IMG/VR virus record: IMGVR_UViG_3300027790_000011
Coordinates: 1 to 44,222 of that record
DNA from: a virus
Lineage: Duplodnaviria; Caudoviricetes
Strand: one strand, 5' to 3'
Length of the DNA stretch: 44,222 bases
Of this stretch, positions 36,952-44,222 are shown in pieces. The notes under the pieces are model-generated. The model searched no databases. It was not told where the DNA came from and was given only the letters and a program-made list of their open reading frames with translations. Position 1 is the stretch's first letter, and each line of letters opens with the position of its first letter. The position numbers and the translations under genes were made by a program.

Positions 36952-37293
36952 CACCCTAAGTGTGTTCTTGTTCTGCTATGCCCTAAATGTTCGTTGTTTG
37001 AGCACAAGTAGGTTACGTTAGGCTATAGTTTGTTGTATAAGTTCATTCCTTTATACATTCTTTTATACCCTTTTTTAATCTCTTGCAGGCTGGCCCCTAC
37101 AAAAAGACCCCCAACAAACAACGTCAAAGCTGAAAAGCTTAAAGCATTATTTAAGGCATTAAAGAATTATTTAATGTAATTGGCGGCTTTCACTGCGCCG
37201 CCCATGCAGCTTGTCGCTGTTCAGACAAGCGCTGCAAGGCAAGCTTTTCTGCATTTGACAACTTTTTTAATGTTAAGTTCCTGTTAAGCCCTG

Positions 37294-37485
37294 CTACATA
37301 TGTGTTGTTTTTCGTTTAGTGCAAGATAGGTGGATAAAACGAACACCTGGGTACAAGTACGCACGTGCTGTAGCTTTTTGCGCCTGAACCTTGGGCGGGC
37401 AGGACGGCACGGCAGTTTGGTATGTTAGCTGCTGTCCGTTGATTAAAACGATTATAAGCGTGATATTAAACATCATCACGCACAC
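37294..37485 (-). CDS. Hypothetical protein
   Basis: ORF on the coding strand with a hydrophobic N-terminus. Confidence 0.4.
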   Translation of the reverse strand: MCVMMFNITLIIVLINGQQLTYQTAVPSCPPKVQAQKATARAYLYPGVRFIHLSCTKRKTTHM

Positions 37486-37690
37486 AAGGGCTTGATATTT
37501 GTGACTCTATATTCGCCTCCAATTCGGTTTTCTCGCTATGGCTGATGTCAATACGCCGCATGTAGTGTGTATAAACGTGTAATATCTCGACACGTGGGCA
37601 TGCGGGGTATGGGTAATAGCGGAACCGGACGCAGCAAGGCACACCCTGTACGGTGTGCCACTGCTCCAGTGTTTTATATAAAAGCGCCAT
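37466..37690 (-). CDS. Hypothetical protein
   Basis: AGGAG RBS. Confidence 0.5.
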   Translation of the reverse strand: MALLYKTLEQWHTVQGVPCCVRFRYYPYPACPRVEILHVYTHYMRRIDISHSEKTELEANIESQISSPCVRDDV

Positions 37691-37702
37691 TATTTGTAGC
37701 TC

Positions 37703-37888
37703 CTACACCCCCGAGTTATGCTTGATCGCATCATCCTGCATTTTGTATAGCATGTTCTGCTTTGTTTCCTGCCTCAGTTTCTGGTACTCAGGATCATGCC
37801 ACGAGTCGCCGCCTAGCGTGCCGGATTGGCAAGCGGTGATAGCCAGGGCCAGGGTGATTAGGGCAGCAGTTTTAATTAGGGTTTTCAT
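37703..37888 (-). CDS. Small putative lipoprotein
   Basis: MKTLIK, hydrophobic core, ITA-C lipobox; AGGAG RBS. Confidence 0.6.
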   Translation of the reverse strand: MKTLIKTAALITLALAITACQSGTLGGDSWHDPEYQKLRQETKQNMLYKMQDDAIKHNSGV

Positions 37889-37932
37889 GGTGTTTCTCCT
37901 TTGTGGTTAATGTATTCTGTTCTCTGTTTCTG

Positions 37933-38169
37933 TTATACGCTTGCTTTCGGTTTTGGTCTGTCATCTGCTTTGTTAATGGCGTCGATCACGCAGTATTTGC
38001 AGAAATCGCCGTCGTTCCAGCTGCTGTCTTTGGCCGTTATAACCTGTACGCGCAGCATTACAGGGCCGCCAGGCTTTCTTATTTCGCCTTGCAGCCGGTG
38101 GTTGTCACCGTCGATCCGGTTAGCATCGGTAATCTCGTCACCGCAACAGTCGCAATATCGTTTAATCAT
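37933..38169 (-). CDS. Zn-finger-like hypothetical protein
   Basis: CDCCG...DFCKYC. Confidence 0.6.
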   Translation of the reverse strand: MIKRYCDCCGDEITDANRIDGDNHRLQGEIRKPGGPVMLRVQVITAKDSSWNDGDFCKYCVIDAINKADDRPKPKASV

Positions 38170-38172
38170 CTT

Positions 38173-38364
38173 TTATTCCTCAGTGGTTGGTGTTGTGGCG
38201 CAGTCAGGTTCCAAATGTTTGTAGTCTGGGTAAACGCCCTCGCATACTAGCTTGGTGTAGGCAGCTTGCTCATTTAGCTCGTCTTGGTAAGAGCAGGTCA
38301 TCACCAGAACTAGCAGCGCAGCAAGCAGCGTTAGTGTGAGGTAGAGAGTTAGGCTGTTATTCAT
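38173..38364 (-). CDS. Small membrane-anchored protein (paralogue of 41300-41473)
   Basis: AGGAG RBS, MNNSL start, TM helix, Y..LVC.GVYPDYK. Confidence 0.6.
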   Translation of the reverse strand: MNNSLTLYLTLTLLAALLVLVMTCSYQDELNEQAAYTKLVCEGVYPDYKHLEPDCATTPTTEE

Positions 38365-38448
38365 TAGGAATCTCCTTTGGGGTGTAGCTCGTTGCACTTA
38401 TCGCAATACCATTGTTCGCTCATGTCGCTTACCTCCATTGTTATGGCG

Positions 38449-38619
38449 CTAATACAGCCTTGAATACTGGTATCCCCATCCGGGAATTTCTGTGAGTTTT
38501 TCCTGCTTCGGTTCCACTGGTGGGGCAAGCTGAATCGCTGCTGCTCGCAATATGTTAGCATCTTGTTTATTGTCTAATTGGTCAGCAATTCGTAACAGTT
38601 CATTCATTAAGTAGTCCAT
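38449..38619 (-). CDS. 56-aa hypothetical protein (not in the ORF track)
   Basis: GGAGA RBS; MDYLMNELLRIADQLD...YSRLY*. Confidence 0.5.
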   Translation of the reverse strand: MDYLMNELLRIADQLDNKQDANILRAAAIQLAPPVEPKQEKLTEIPGWGYQYSRLY

Positions 38620-38667
38620 ATCTGTCTCCAGTTAAAGAACGCAACATTGCGGCAGCCGAGCTTGGTG

Positions 38668-39003
38668 TTAGGGTGCAAAGTAATACCGTTTTTGCACCGC
38701 TCTTAAAATCTGTCGGTCTATCGGCAGCCAATCTATGTACGGATAGCTGTAATGCCATTTGTGCCAGTCTTCCCATTCGTCACTATCAATGTCAGGCTCG
38801 TTTTCGCAATCAATATCAATCTCGCTTGCTATCCAGTCGCCGTTATCCTCCTGTTCACAAGCGTTGACGCCGGTAATTAGCAACTGTCCGCCACAAATAG
38901 GGCACCGAGGATTCTTCAGCTTCAACGGCAGCTTGTCTTCTGGCCAAGGCACCCTAACAAGGGTTTCAACCGGATTCGTCATTCCGCTATTCGTTTCACT
39001 CAT
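38668..39003 (-). CDS. Zn-ribbon-like hypothetical protein, cassette ORF
   Basis: CPICGGQL motif; stop at the GTTA core site; start inside the attC. Confidence 0.65.
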   Translation of the reverse strand: MSETNSGMTNPVETLVRVPWPEDKLPLKLKNPRCPICGGQLLITGVNACEQEDNGDWIASEIDIDCENEPDIDSDEWEDWHKWHYSYPYIDWLPIDRQILRAVQKRYYFAP

Positions 39004-39184
39004 TGCTCCATTCCTCTCCGGTTAAAGCCGGGCTGGCTGTGTAGCCTATCAAAGCACCCGGCGGCAGCTCTGCTTTTTTCTCGGCAGCTTGCACGCAAGG
39101 GCAAGAGGTAACCCGCTTCCGATGGGCGGTGAGGCCGTCGAGTGAGTAGGTTAGGGTGTAGTCGTAGAGTCTTTGCTGTTGCAT
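38996..39184 (-). CDS. Hypothetical protein (paralogue of 41721-41912)
   Basis: RLYDYTLTYS...CPCVQAA...IGYTASP. Confidence 0.6.
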   Translation of the reverse strand: MQQQRLYDYTLTYSLDGLTAHRKRVTSCPCVQAAEKKAELPPGALIGYTASPALTGEEWSNE

Positions 39185-39202
39185 TTTTGGTTCTCCATAT
39201 AG

Positions 39203-39253
39203 CTATAACATAGCGTTGTATCGTAAGCGCGACCGATGAACTTAGTGTTATCT
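39203..39253 (+). other. Short attC-like site
   Basis: CTATAAC-ATAGC-GTT(G)TATCG...CGATGAAC-TTAGT-GTTATCT. Confidence 0.65.
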
Positions 39254-39256
39254 GCC

Positions 39257-39697
39257 TTATTCTTCATCACCAAAATCTTCATCAGGCCAACCGCAATCTT
39301 CGCAATACGGGCCACCTTCTCTAGGGATTTTTAGCCCTGTAGGGCTTTCACACTGTGGGCAAAACCCTGATCTAATCGCGAACTGAATCGCCCACTCATC
39401 ATTCGGTAGCGCTTTTGCTATTGCCTTGCCAGCTTCGTACCACTCCCATCCATCAATCGCCGGTAAAGTTTCAGCGCCAACGTAATCACGAGTAAGGCAA
39501 ATGGATTTTAAGGCGGTAGATAACAAGGCGGTCGGGCAGACTGCTTGCCTCGGTGTTTCATCGTTGTCTTTAAGTTCGTCATTTTCAGTGATTCCGCCCA
39601 TAATATTATCCTCCACTGGGGCTGGCTCATCATCGCAAATACAAGCCATGCCTTTTCTTTCGCCTTGGTCACAGATTCCACATTCACCAAAAAGCAT
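39257..39697 (-). CDS. Hypothetical protein with C-terminal Zn ribbon, cassette-derived; alternative start at 39601
   Basis: CPQC...CEDCG; GGAGG before MGGITEN. Confidence 0.55.
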   Translation of the reverse strand: MLFGECGICDQGERKGMACICDDEPAPVEDNIMGGITENDELKDNDETPRQAVCPTALLSTALKSICLTRDYVGAETLPAIDGWEWYEAGKAIAKALPNDEWAIQFAIRSGFCPQCESPTGLKIPREGGPYCEDCGWPDEDFGDEE

Positions 39698-39711
39698 TTT
39701 AGCGCTCCCAA

Positions 39712-40353
39712 TTAAATACGCATCGGCATAACAACAAACTCCCCAAACTCACTGACCCCATAAACAGGTTCTTTAGGTGATGCTATGTACAGGTCAGCCG
39801 TGCTATTGTTATTAGTTGCATCGTTGATATATTGTGCGTTTAAACCGACATCCCCGTTTTCGGATGGAAGCTTGATAACCTGAAAGTCTTTTCCTCTGTA
39901 GCTAATAACACATCTACGCGCATTTGATAGGTGGTACTTGCGTAATACCGGCTCGCCTTGGAAAAAGCGCTCGCAGTCTGGGTACTTGACATCAACGTCT
40001 ACCGGGTTGAACGATTTAGGACAATAAAACCCCGGCGCGTAACTTGTAGTTTTGACTCTATGTAGTCTGTGGCCGTCCGTGGCTATCAGGTTTTCACCAT
40101 CGGAGTACAGGTACTGTAAATAGTAGCGACAATCACGTGCTCCGGTCACGGCTTTGGCGGCCCATTGCTCGGCAGTCTTAGCCCGGGCTGGCAGTTTCGG
40201 TAGATATTGTTTATACAACCGCTCCGCCTCCCCTCGCGACAGTGTGACGGTCTCGGAGTTGTCATCATCAGCTTGGTGAATGCGTTCTCGCAGTAATTCC
40301 GCCGCGTCTTTTCGTGAGTATTGTTTAAGGTTTGGTGATAGTGTAATGCTCAT
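39712..40353 (-). CDS. Shortened DNA polymerase III beta-clamp-like protein
   Basis: DCRYYL, ATDGHRL, KYPD, GLNAQYI and terminal FVVMPMRI match DnaN motifs. Confidence 0.7.
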   Translation of the reverse strand: MSITLSPNLKQYSRKDAAELLRERIHQADDDNSETVTLSRGEAERLYKQYLPKLPARAKTAEQWAAKAVTGARDCRYYLQYLYSDGENLIATDGHRLHRVKTTSYAPGFYCPKSFNPVDVDVKYPDCERFFQGEPVLRKYHLSNARRCVISYRGKDFQVIKLPSENGDVGLNAQYINDATNNNSTADLYIASPKEPVYGVSEFGEFVVMPMRI

Positions 40354-40703
40354 TGTTTATCCTCGTTTAATAGTTCCTGTACTTCCCTTGCAATCTCGTC
40401 TTCAATTTGAGGTTGTAGGTAGTTGGCAATAGCAGCCCAAGGATTTTTGACAAAGCCGATGGGATCATTAAATGATGCTTCGCCTATGATTTCGCGCTGG
40501 GAATCTCTGTCGCAATGCTCAAAAAATAGCTGTATTGCGCTACTGAATCTGGCATCAGCCGCCGCCTGTCCTGCTTTTGTGTAGTGATCACAAATGCCGC
40601 GTGCAGAGAATTCGAAGTCCTCATCGCGCAGCAGCCCGTGCTCGCAAGCGCCGATGATGTACTCGGCAGTTTCACGCTTGGCTTTGTATGGGTATTTGGT
40701 CAT
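40350..40703 (-). CDS. Hypothetical protein
   Basis: GAGGAG RBS. Confidence 0.6.
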   Translation of the reverse strand: MTKYPYKAKRETAEYIIGACEHGLLRDEDFEFSARGICDHYTKAGQAAADARFSSAIQLFFEHCDRDSQREIIGEASFNDPIGFVKNPWAAIANYLQPQIEDEIAREVQELLNEDKQ

Positions 40704-40753
40704 TGGTTGCTACTCCTCTTGTTGTGGTATTTTAGTGCTTCCTAATGTTTGTG

Positions 40754-40936
40754 TTAACCAATACCACAAGCTTTTAAGAAGCGCTCGCGGTCAAAGTTTT
40801 GATTTTCGCTCGCGAAATAATCTGCTAGGTCTTCGGCTATGTGTTTGATTACCATATCTCGCTCGTTGCCTGGTTCGGAATAGCATCCTTTCTCAGCAAT
40901 GATTGCAGCAATGGCTTTAACATGTTTGCGTGTCAT
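40754..40936 (-). CDS. Small early protein (MTRKH...FDRERFLKACG type)
   Basis: GAGGGG RBS before MTRKHVKAIA; C-terminal N.NFDRERFLKAC. Confidence 0.6.
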   Translation of the reverse strand: MTRKHVKAIAAIIAEKGCYSEPGNERDMVIKHIAEDLADYFASENQNFDRERFLKACGIG

Positions 40937-41219
40937 TGTGATCCCCCTCAAGGAGTGGTATTTGACTGAAATCAGTACCCCAAACACACCGATTCCATTC
41001 GGTAATTGCGGCACCAAGATTAACGCCGTTGCGTTTTATAACCATATCCAGCAGTTCGACGCAGAGAACACGCTCTGCTTCGCTGCATTCGCCTTGAAAG
41101 CTTGGGGCATATGTTTCTATAGCGTGTGTTCCGTCCTCCCAGTCTGACCAACCGCCGCCGTTTGTTTCGTTGTTGTCTCTAATGCAGTCAATCACGTGTG
41201 CAAATAGTGTCTTAGTCAT
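40917..41219 (-). CDS. Hypothetical protein
   Basis: GAGGG RBS. Confidence 0.55.
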   Translation of the reverse strand: MTKTLFAHVIDCIRDNNETNGGGWSDWEDGTHAIETYAPSFQGECSEAERVLCVELLDMVIKRNGVNLGAAITEWNRCVWGTDFSQIPLLEGDHNDTQTC

Positions 41220-41299
41220 TCTGTTTCCCTCTTGGTTGTGTTTACGCTATATCAACTAGCCGCTCTAACTCTTGTTCTGAATCATACACCGAAATCATT

Positions 41300-41473
41300 C
41301 TAATCCTCCGCCTCGCAATCGGGGTTTAATTGCTTGTAATCAGGCCACACACCAGCGCATACCATGCGTTTGTAGTGCGCCTGCTGGTGCAGCTCGTCGT
41401 TGAAATCCATGCTCGCTACCATGAGCAGCATCAGCATTAGTGTTATCGTTGATACTAACAGATATAATCGCAT
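41300..41473 (-). CDS. 57-aa membrane-anchored protein (not in the ORF track; paralogue of 38173-38364)
   Basis: GAGGAGG RBS; MRLYLL...DELHQQAHYKRMVCAGVWPDYKQLNPDC. Confidence 0.65.
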   Translation of the reverse strand: MRLYLLVSTITLMLMLLMVASMDFNDELHQQAHYKRMVCAGVWPDYKQLNPDCEAED

Positions 41474-41673
41474 GCGTCCTCCTCTTGTAAACGGTCATAG
41501 CTATGCCTTTCAACAGTACAACCATTAGCTTCTGAAAAACGAACCGCATCAGCACGGGTGCTGAAATTGTTGATACTGTTTCTGAACGCATTCTGGTAAC
41601 TTTTTGCGTGACATATCCCCCAATGGTTACCAACCCACCTAATGACTACGGGGATTTGGGTTTGTTCAGTCAT
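41455..41673 (-). CDS. Hypothetical protein (start MTEQT)
   Basis: GGAGGA RBS. Confidence 0.45.
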   Translation of the reverse strand: MTEQTQIPVVIRWVGNHWGICHAKSYQNAFRNSINNFSTRADAVRFSEANGCTVERHSYDRLQEEDACDYIC

Positions 41674-41720
41674 ACTTCCTCCTGTAAGGTGGCCGTCCTT
41701 GGCCGGTACGATGATCGTAT

Positions 41721-41912
41721 TCACGCCAGCCCGCAAACGGGGCTTGTTGTGTAGCCGATAACATGATCAAGATCAATGCCAAGCTTCTCGGCTGCGGCCT
41801 GTACACACTCGCAAGCTGTCGCCTTTGCTTGCTGTGCAGTGCGCTGGTCAGTGCTGTACGTGAGCGTGTAGTCCCAGAGCCTGGGCCTGGGCTTGTCCGT
41901 TAGTTTGTTCAT
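41721..41912 (-). CDS. Hypothetical protein (paralogue of 38996-39184)
   Basis: GGAGG RBS; RLWDYTLTYS...CECVQAA...IGYTTSP. Confidence 0.6.
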   Translation of the reverse strand: MNKLTDKPRPRLWDYTLTYSTDQRTAQQAKATACECVQAAAEKLGIDLDHVIGYTTSPVCGLA

Positions 41913-41962
41913 GCACCCTCCTAGAACTCAGACACGTTAAAGGACACCCCTAGAACTGGATA

Positions 41963-42667
41963 TCAGAACAGGAAATGCTCTTGCCGGTGCCAGTGCGCCC
42001 CTGTCTGCTCGTCTAGGTATGCACCAGCCTCGGCTTGCGTGATTTCCCCGCACTGAACTAACGCAGCGAGATGATGCGGGAGCAGCTTCGGGCTGTCGTA
42101 GTCGTACAGTTCCCGCGCGCGTTGGATCAACGCATCCTCGAAATCCCCATCAATCGCCTGGTCACTTTGCACCGCTTGCGAGCACTGGTGAACGCACTCA
42201 TCAAGGGTTAATTCCTCCGGCCAGACTGTATCTAGATCGTCCACGCTGAACAGCCACTCGCTAGCATCCCACACCTCAACAGTCGGTGTAGCGAGATACA
42301 GTACAGCGTAAAGCGATTCGCTAGCTGAGCGTGCATCATCATCGAGCGTGCCGACAAAGTTCTGTCCGTCCCACCCCACGGAGTGGCCCGCGTGGACACG
42401 CTCGAACAGATTAAGATTGCCTTCAACCAGCGCGAGGATATCGTCTCCGGTGAGCGCTGGGTTTATCGGCCAGCACAGTGTTGTACTATGCCAGACATCT
42501 GCGGTTACCCCTCCACCAATCGTGGTATCGTAATCAGCGCTGATCACGCCGCTCTCGCCCATAAAAATGTACGCGTCCTGCGGCGTTAGTTGCCCTGGGT
42601 ATTGGCAGTACACAGGCAGTTGCTCGCCTGCAAGCTGTTTGATTGGTTCGTAGTTGATTTCGCTCAC
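41963..42667 (-). CDS. Acidic early protein
   Basis: 234-aa ORF with GAGG RBS. Confidence 0.65.
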   Translation of the reverse strand: MSEINYEPIKQLAGEQLPVYCQYPGQLTPQDAYIFMGESGVISADYDTTIGGGVTADVWHSTTLCWPINPALTGDDILALVEGNLNLFERVHAGHSVGWDGQNFVGTLDDDARSASESLYAVLYLATPTVEVWDASEWLFSVDDLDTVWPEELTLDECVHQCSQAVQSDQAIDGDFEDALIQRARELYDYDSPKLLPHHLAALVQCGEITQAEAGAYLDEQTGAHWHRQEHFLF

Positions 42668-42700
42668 CGTGTTGTCCTCTTGTTAGGTTATGTTAGTAGA

Positions 42701-43147
42701 TCAGCAGATATCGCTCAGCGCTTGCAGCTCGTCTGGTGTGTACATTGCTGCTAATCGGGCGCTCCTGTGTTTAATCTCTGCCGCTATAGCGTAAGCGCTC
42801 TCTAGGCTGGCGAGCGACATCAGGCAGTAGTCATCCGCGATCTCATCTAGTGAACTGTCCGCGTACCCAGCGTCAATACCAGCTAGTATGTCGTATGCTG
42901 TCGGCTGGTTGCCCTGATCAGCTATCGACTGGCCGAAATCAAACAAATATCCCTGGCCGTGGCGGTTCACCAGCTCGACAACGTACAGGTCACGCTCTCG
43001 CCTGTCCCCCCAGTGCGGCATGGCACCGTGCCTATAGCTCCTGATATACAGTTGGCTATCAGTCAGCTCTAGCCATTGGTTAGCTGCCCACTCGTACTCT
43101 GATTCGCACTCCTCAGAGGGTATGTATAGATCGATATGCAAGTTCAT
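42701..43147 (-). CDS. First early protein (start revised to MNLHI)
   Basis: GGAG RBS; FDFGQS...PTAYDIL motif. Confidence 0.6.
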   Translation of the reverse strand: MNLHIDLYIPSEECESEYEWAANQWLELTDSQLYIRSYRHGAMPHWGDRRERDLYVVELVNRHGQGYLFDFGQSIADQGNQPTAYDILAGIDAGYADSSLDEIADDYCLMSLASLESAYAIAAEIKHRSARLAAMYTPDELQALSDIC

Positions 43148-43180
43148 CGTATTGCTCCATTTGCGTTGTGTTGTGTGCAC

Positions 43181-43209
43181 ACAGTAATGTATTACAGCGC
43201 TGAATGCAA
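43181..43209 (-). promoter_or_regulatory. Candidate sigma70-type early promoter
   Basis: TTGCAT-17 nt-TACTGT on the minus strand, 34 nt upstream of the first early gene. Confidence 0.35.
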
Positions 43210-44095
43210 TTGTTTTATGCGTGTTTAGCATGGTTTTGTGTCTTGTTTCACAATGTTTGCATCACTGACAGTTATGTATTGCTACATCACTAGAATCAAT
43301 AGTTTATAGTGGGGCATTCATGATATGAATGGCTAGTGCGCTAGCTTTGCGGGCAGGCGCGTGGTGTAAGCATAGCTGCTGGGCACGGGGCTAGTGTGGG
43401 GTATGGGGGTATGGGTGGACCTCCCCGCCCTCACACACACGCGGGCGTGCTGCAAGCTGCGCTAGCAAGCGCAGGCAGGCAGATGCATGGGGGGCACCCC
43501 CAAAGATGCGGACGGTGTCAGCTTTGGATTATCCCCTCCACACACCGGGGGCGGCTCCAGCAATCCGCTACACACACGCTGAGCGATAGCACCTCCCACA
43601 GGGAGGGGGGCTGGCTGCTGCACCGGCTATCGCTACAAACAACCGCTTATCGGCTCAGACACCCAGAAACGGGGAACTTTATCCAATTTCTGGTGTCTAA
43701 TACTGCAAAAAGCGAGGTTTGCAGCGCCACTGGATGCGGTGAACCGAGCGTCCTGAGCTTGTGCTTAAAAGCGCAAGTGAAGGTTTTGCCAAGGTATTGT
43801 TTGATAGTATTATTAAACAGCTTTACTTCCTTTGTACTCCCTCCTGTTACAGGCAACAGGAGGAAGCACGGGTGCTCTGCAAGGCGAGCACTGGGCGACA
43901 CGGGTACAATAGTGTCGCCATGCACAAGCTTTAATAAAATACAGGCTACAGTATTAAATTATCTTTTAATTACTCTTTAATCATCTTTTTACGGAACTTT
44001 CTGTCCTGTATGTTGTCTAACTACTATGCCAAATACTTTGCTTAAGGTTAAGATGTATCTCCAGAGGAGTGAACTAACTGACCACCCGTGGTTAT

Positions 44096-44222
44096 CTCTA
44101 GGCTACCCAGATCTGTACAGCGAGCTGTTCTTGCAGTGCTGGTTCTCTGGTGCCTGAGCCGGTGTCAATACGCAGTGTCTGATATCTCTCCGGGGTACAG
44201 CGTTAAACCTGGGGTTGATATA
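44096..44222. repeat. Second copy of the terminal direct repeat
   Basis: Identical to 1-127. Confidence 0.9.

Larger units (their letters stand above)
38640..39610 (+). mobile_element. Second, decayed cassette cluster
   Basis: attC right half ending GTTAGGG 38667, near-complete attC 38952-39032, short attC 39203-39253, left half at 39518. Confidence 0.7.

Noticed and set aside
37255-37290. TTGACA as a + strand promoter
   Set aside because: No acceptable -10 box at 16-18 nt spacing, and it points against local gene direction
37932-37938. GTTATAC overlapping the stop of ORF 37933-38169 as another cassette start
   Set aside because: No matching GTATAAC at the other end of the gene and no recognisable attC arm nearby
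38364-38561. 65-aa ORF from the track
   Set aside because: It overlaps a better ORF (38449-38619); only a 19-aa CxxC remnant (MSEQWYCDKC..., 38364-38423) has an RBS, too short to call
38590-38671. CGTAACAGTTCATTCA...GTTAG as a complete attC
   Set aside because: The left part does not pair with the right arm and lies inside the 38449-38619 ORF; only the right half is accepted
43396-43980. 194-aa + strand ORF
   Set aside because: No RBS, low-complexity composition and no motifs; probably spurious within the control region
1-44222. Integrase/intI, repressor, RNA polymerase, tRNA genes, reverse transcriptase or DGR
   Set aside because: No motifs recognised by eye; HMM searches and tRNAscan would be needed to exclude divergent copies

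Overview
The window is an apparently complete, circularly assembled tailed-phage genome of about 44,095 bp; bases 1-127 repeat at 44096-44222. It has two arms. The + strand (about 44088 across the junction to 22168) encodes an M15-type lysin, terminases, portal, scaffold, capsid, two tandem adaptor paralogues, short-tail (podovirus-like) proteins and ejection proteins. The - strand (43147 to 22227) encodes small early genes, a T7-like primase-helicase, family A DNA polymerase, SSB, 5'-3' exonuclease, endonuclease VII and a class I ribonucleotide reductase. I found no integrase, repressor or RNA polymerase, so it looks lytic; a host-type ssb fragment suggests a gammaproteobacterial host. The main discovery is an array of integron-type gene cassettes in the replication arm (28112-31487), with six complete attC sites, plus a second decayed cluster at about 38640-39610. 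Each intact cassette's two ends are mutually complementary, every cassette ORF runs antisense to the canonical attC orientation, the cargo includes two DNA methyltransferases, and no intI is present. Other oddities are a metallophosphoesterase with rearranged motif order, a shortened beta-clamp homologue, an ssb'-ASCH fusion and a (DWxx)4 micropeptide. All calls come from motif recognition by eye; no database searches were run.
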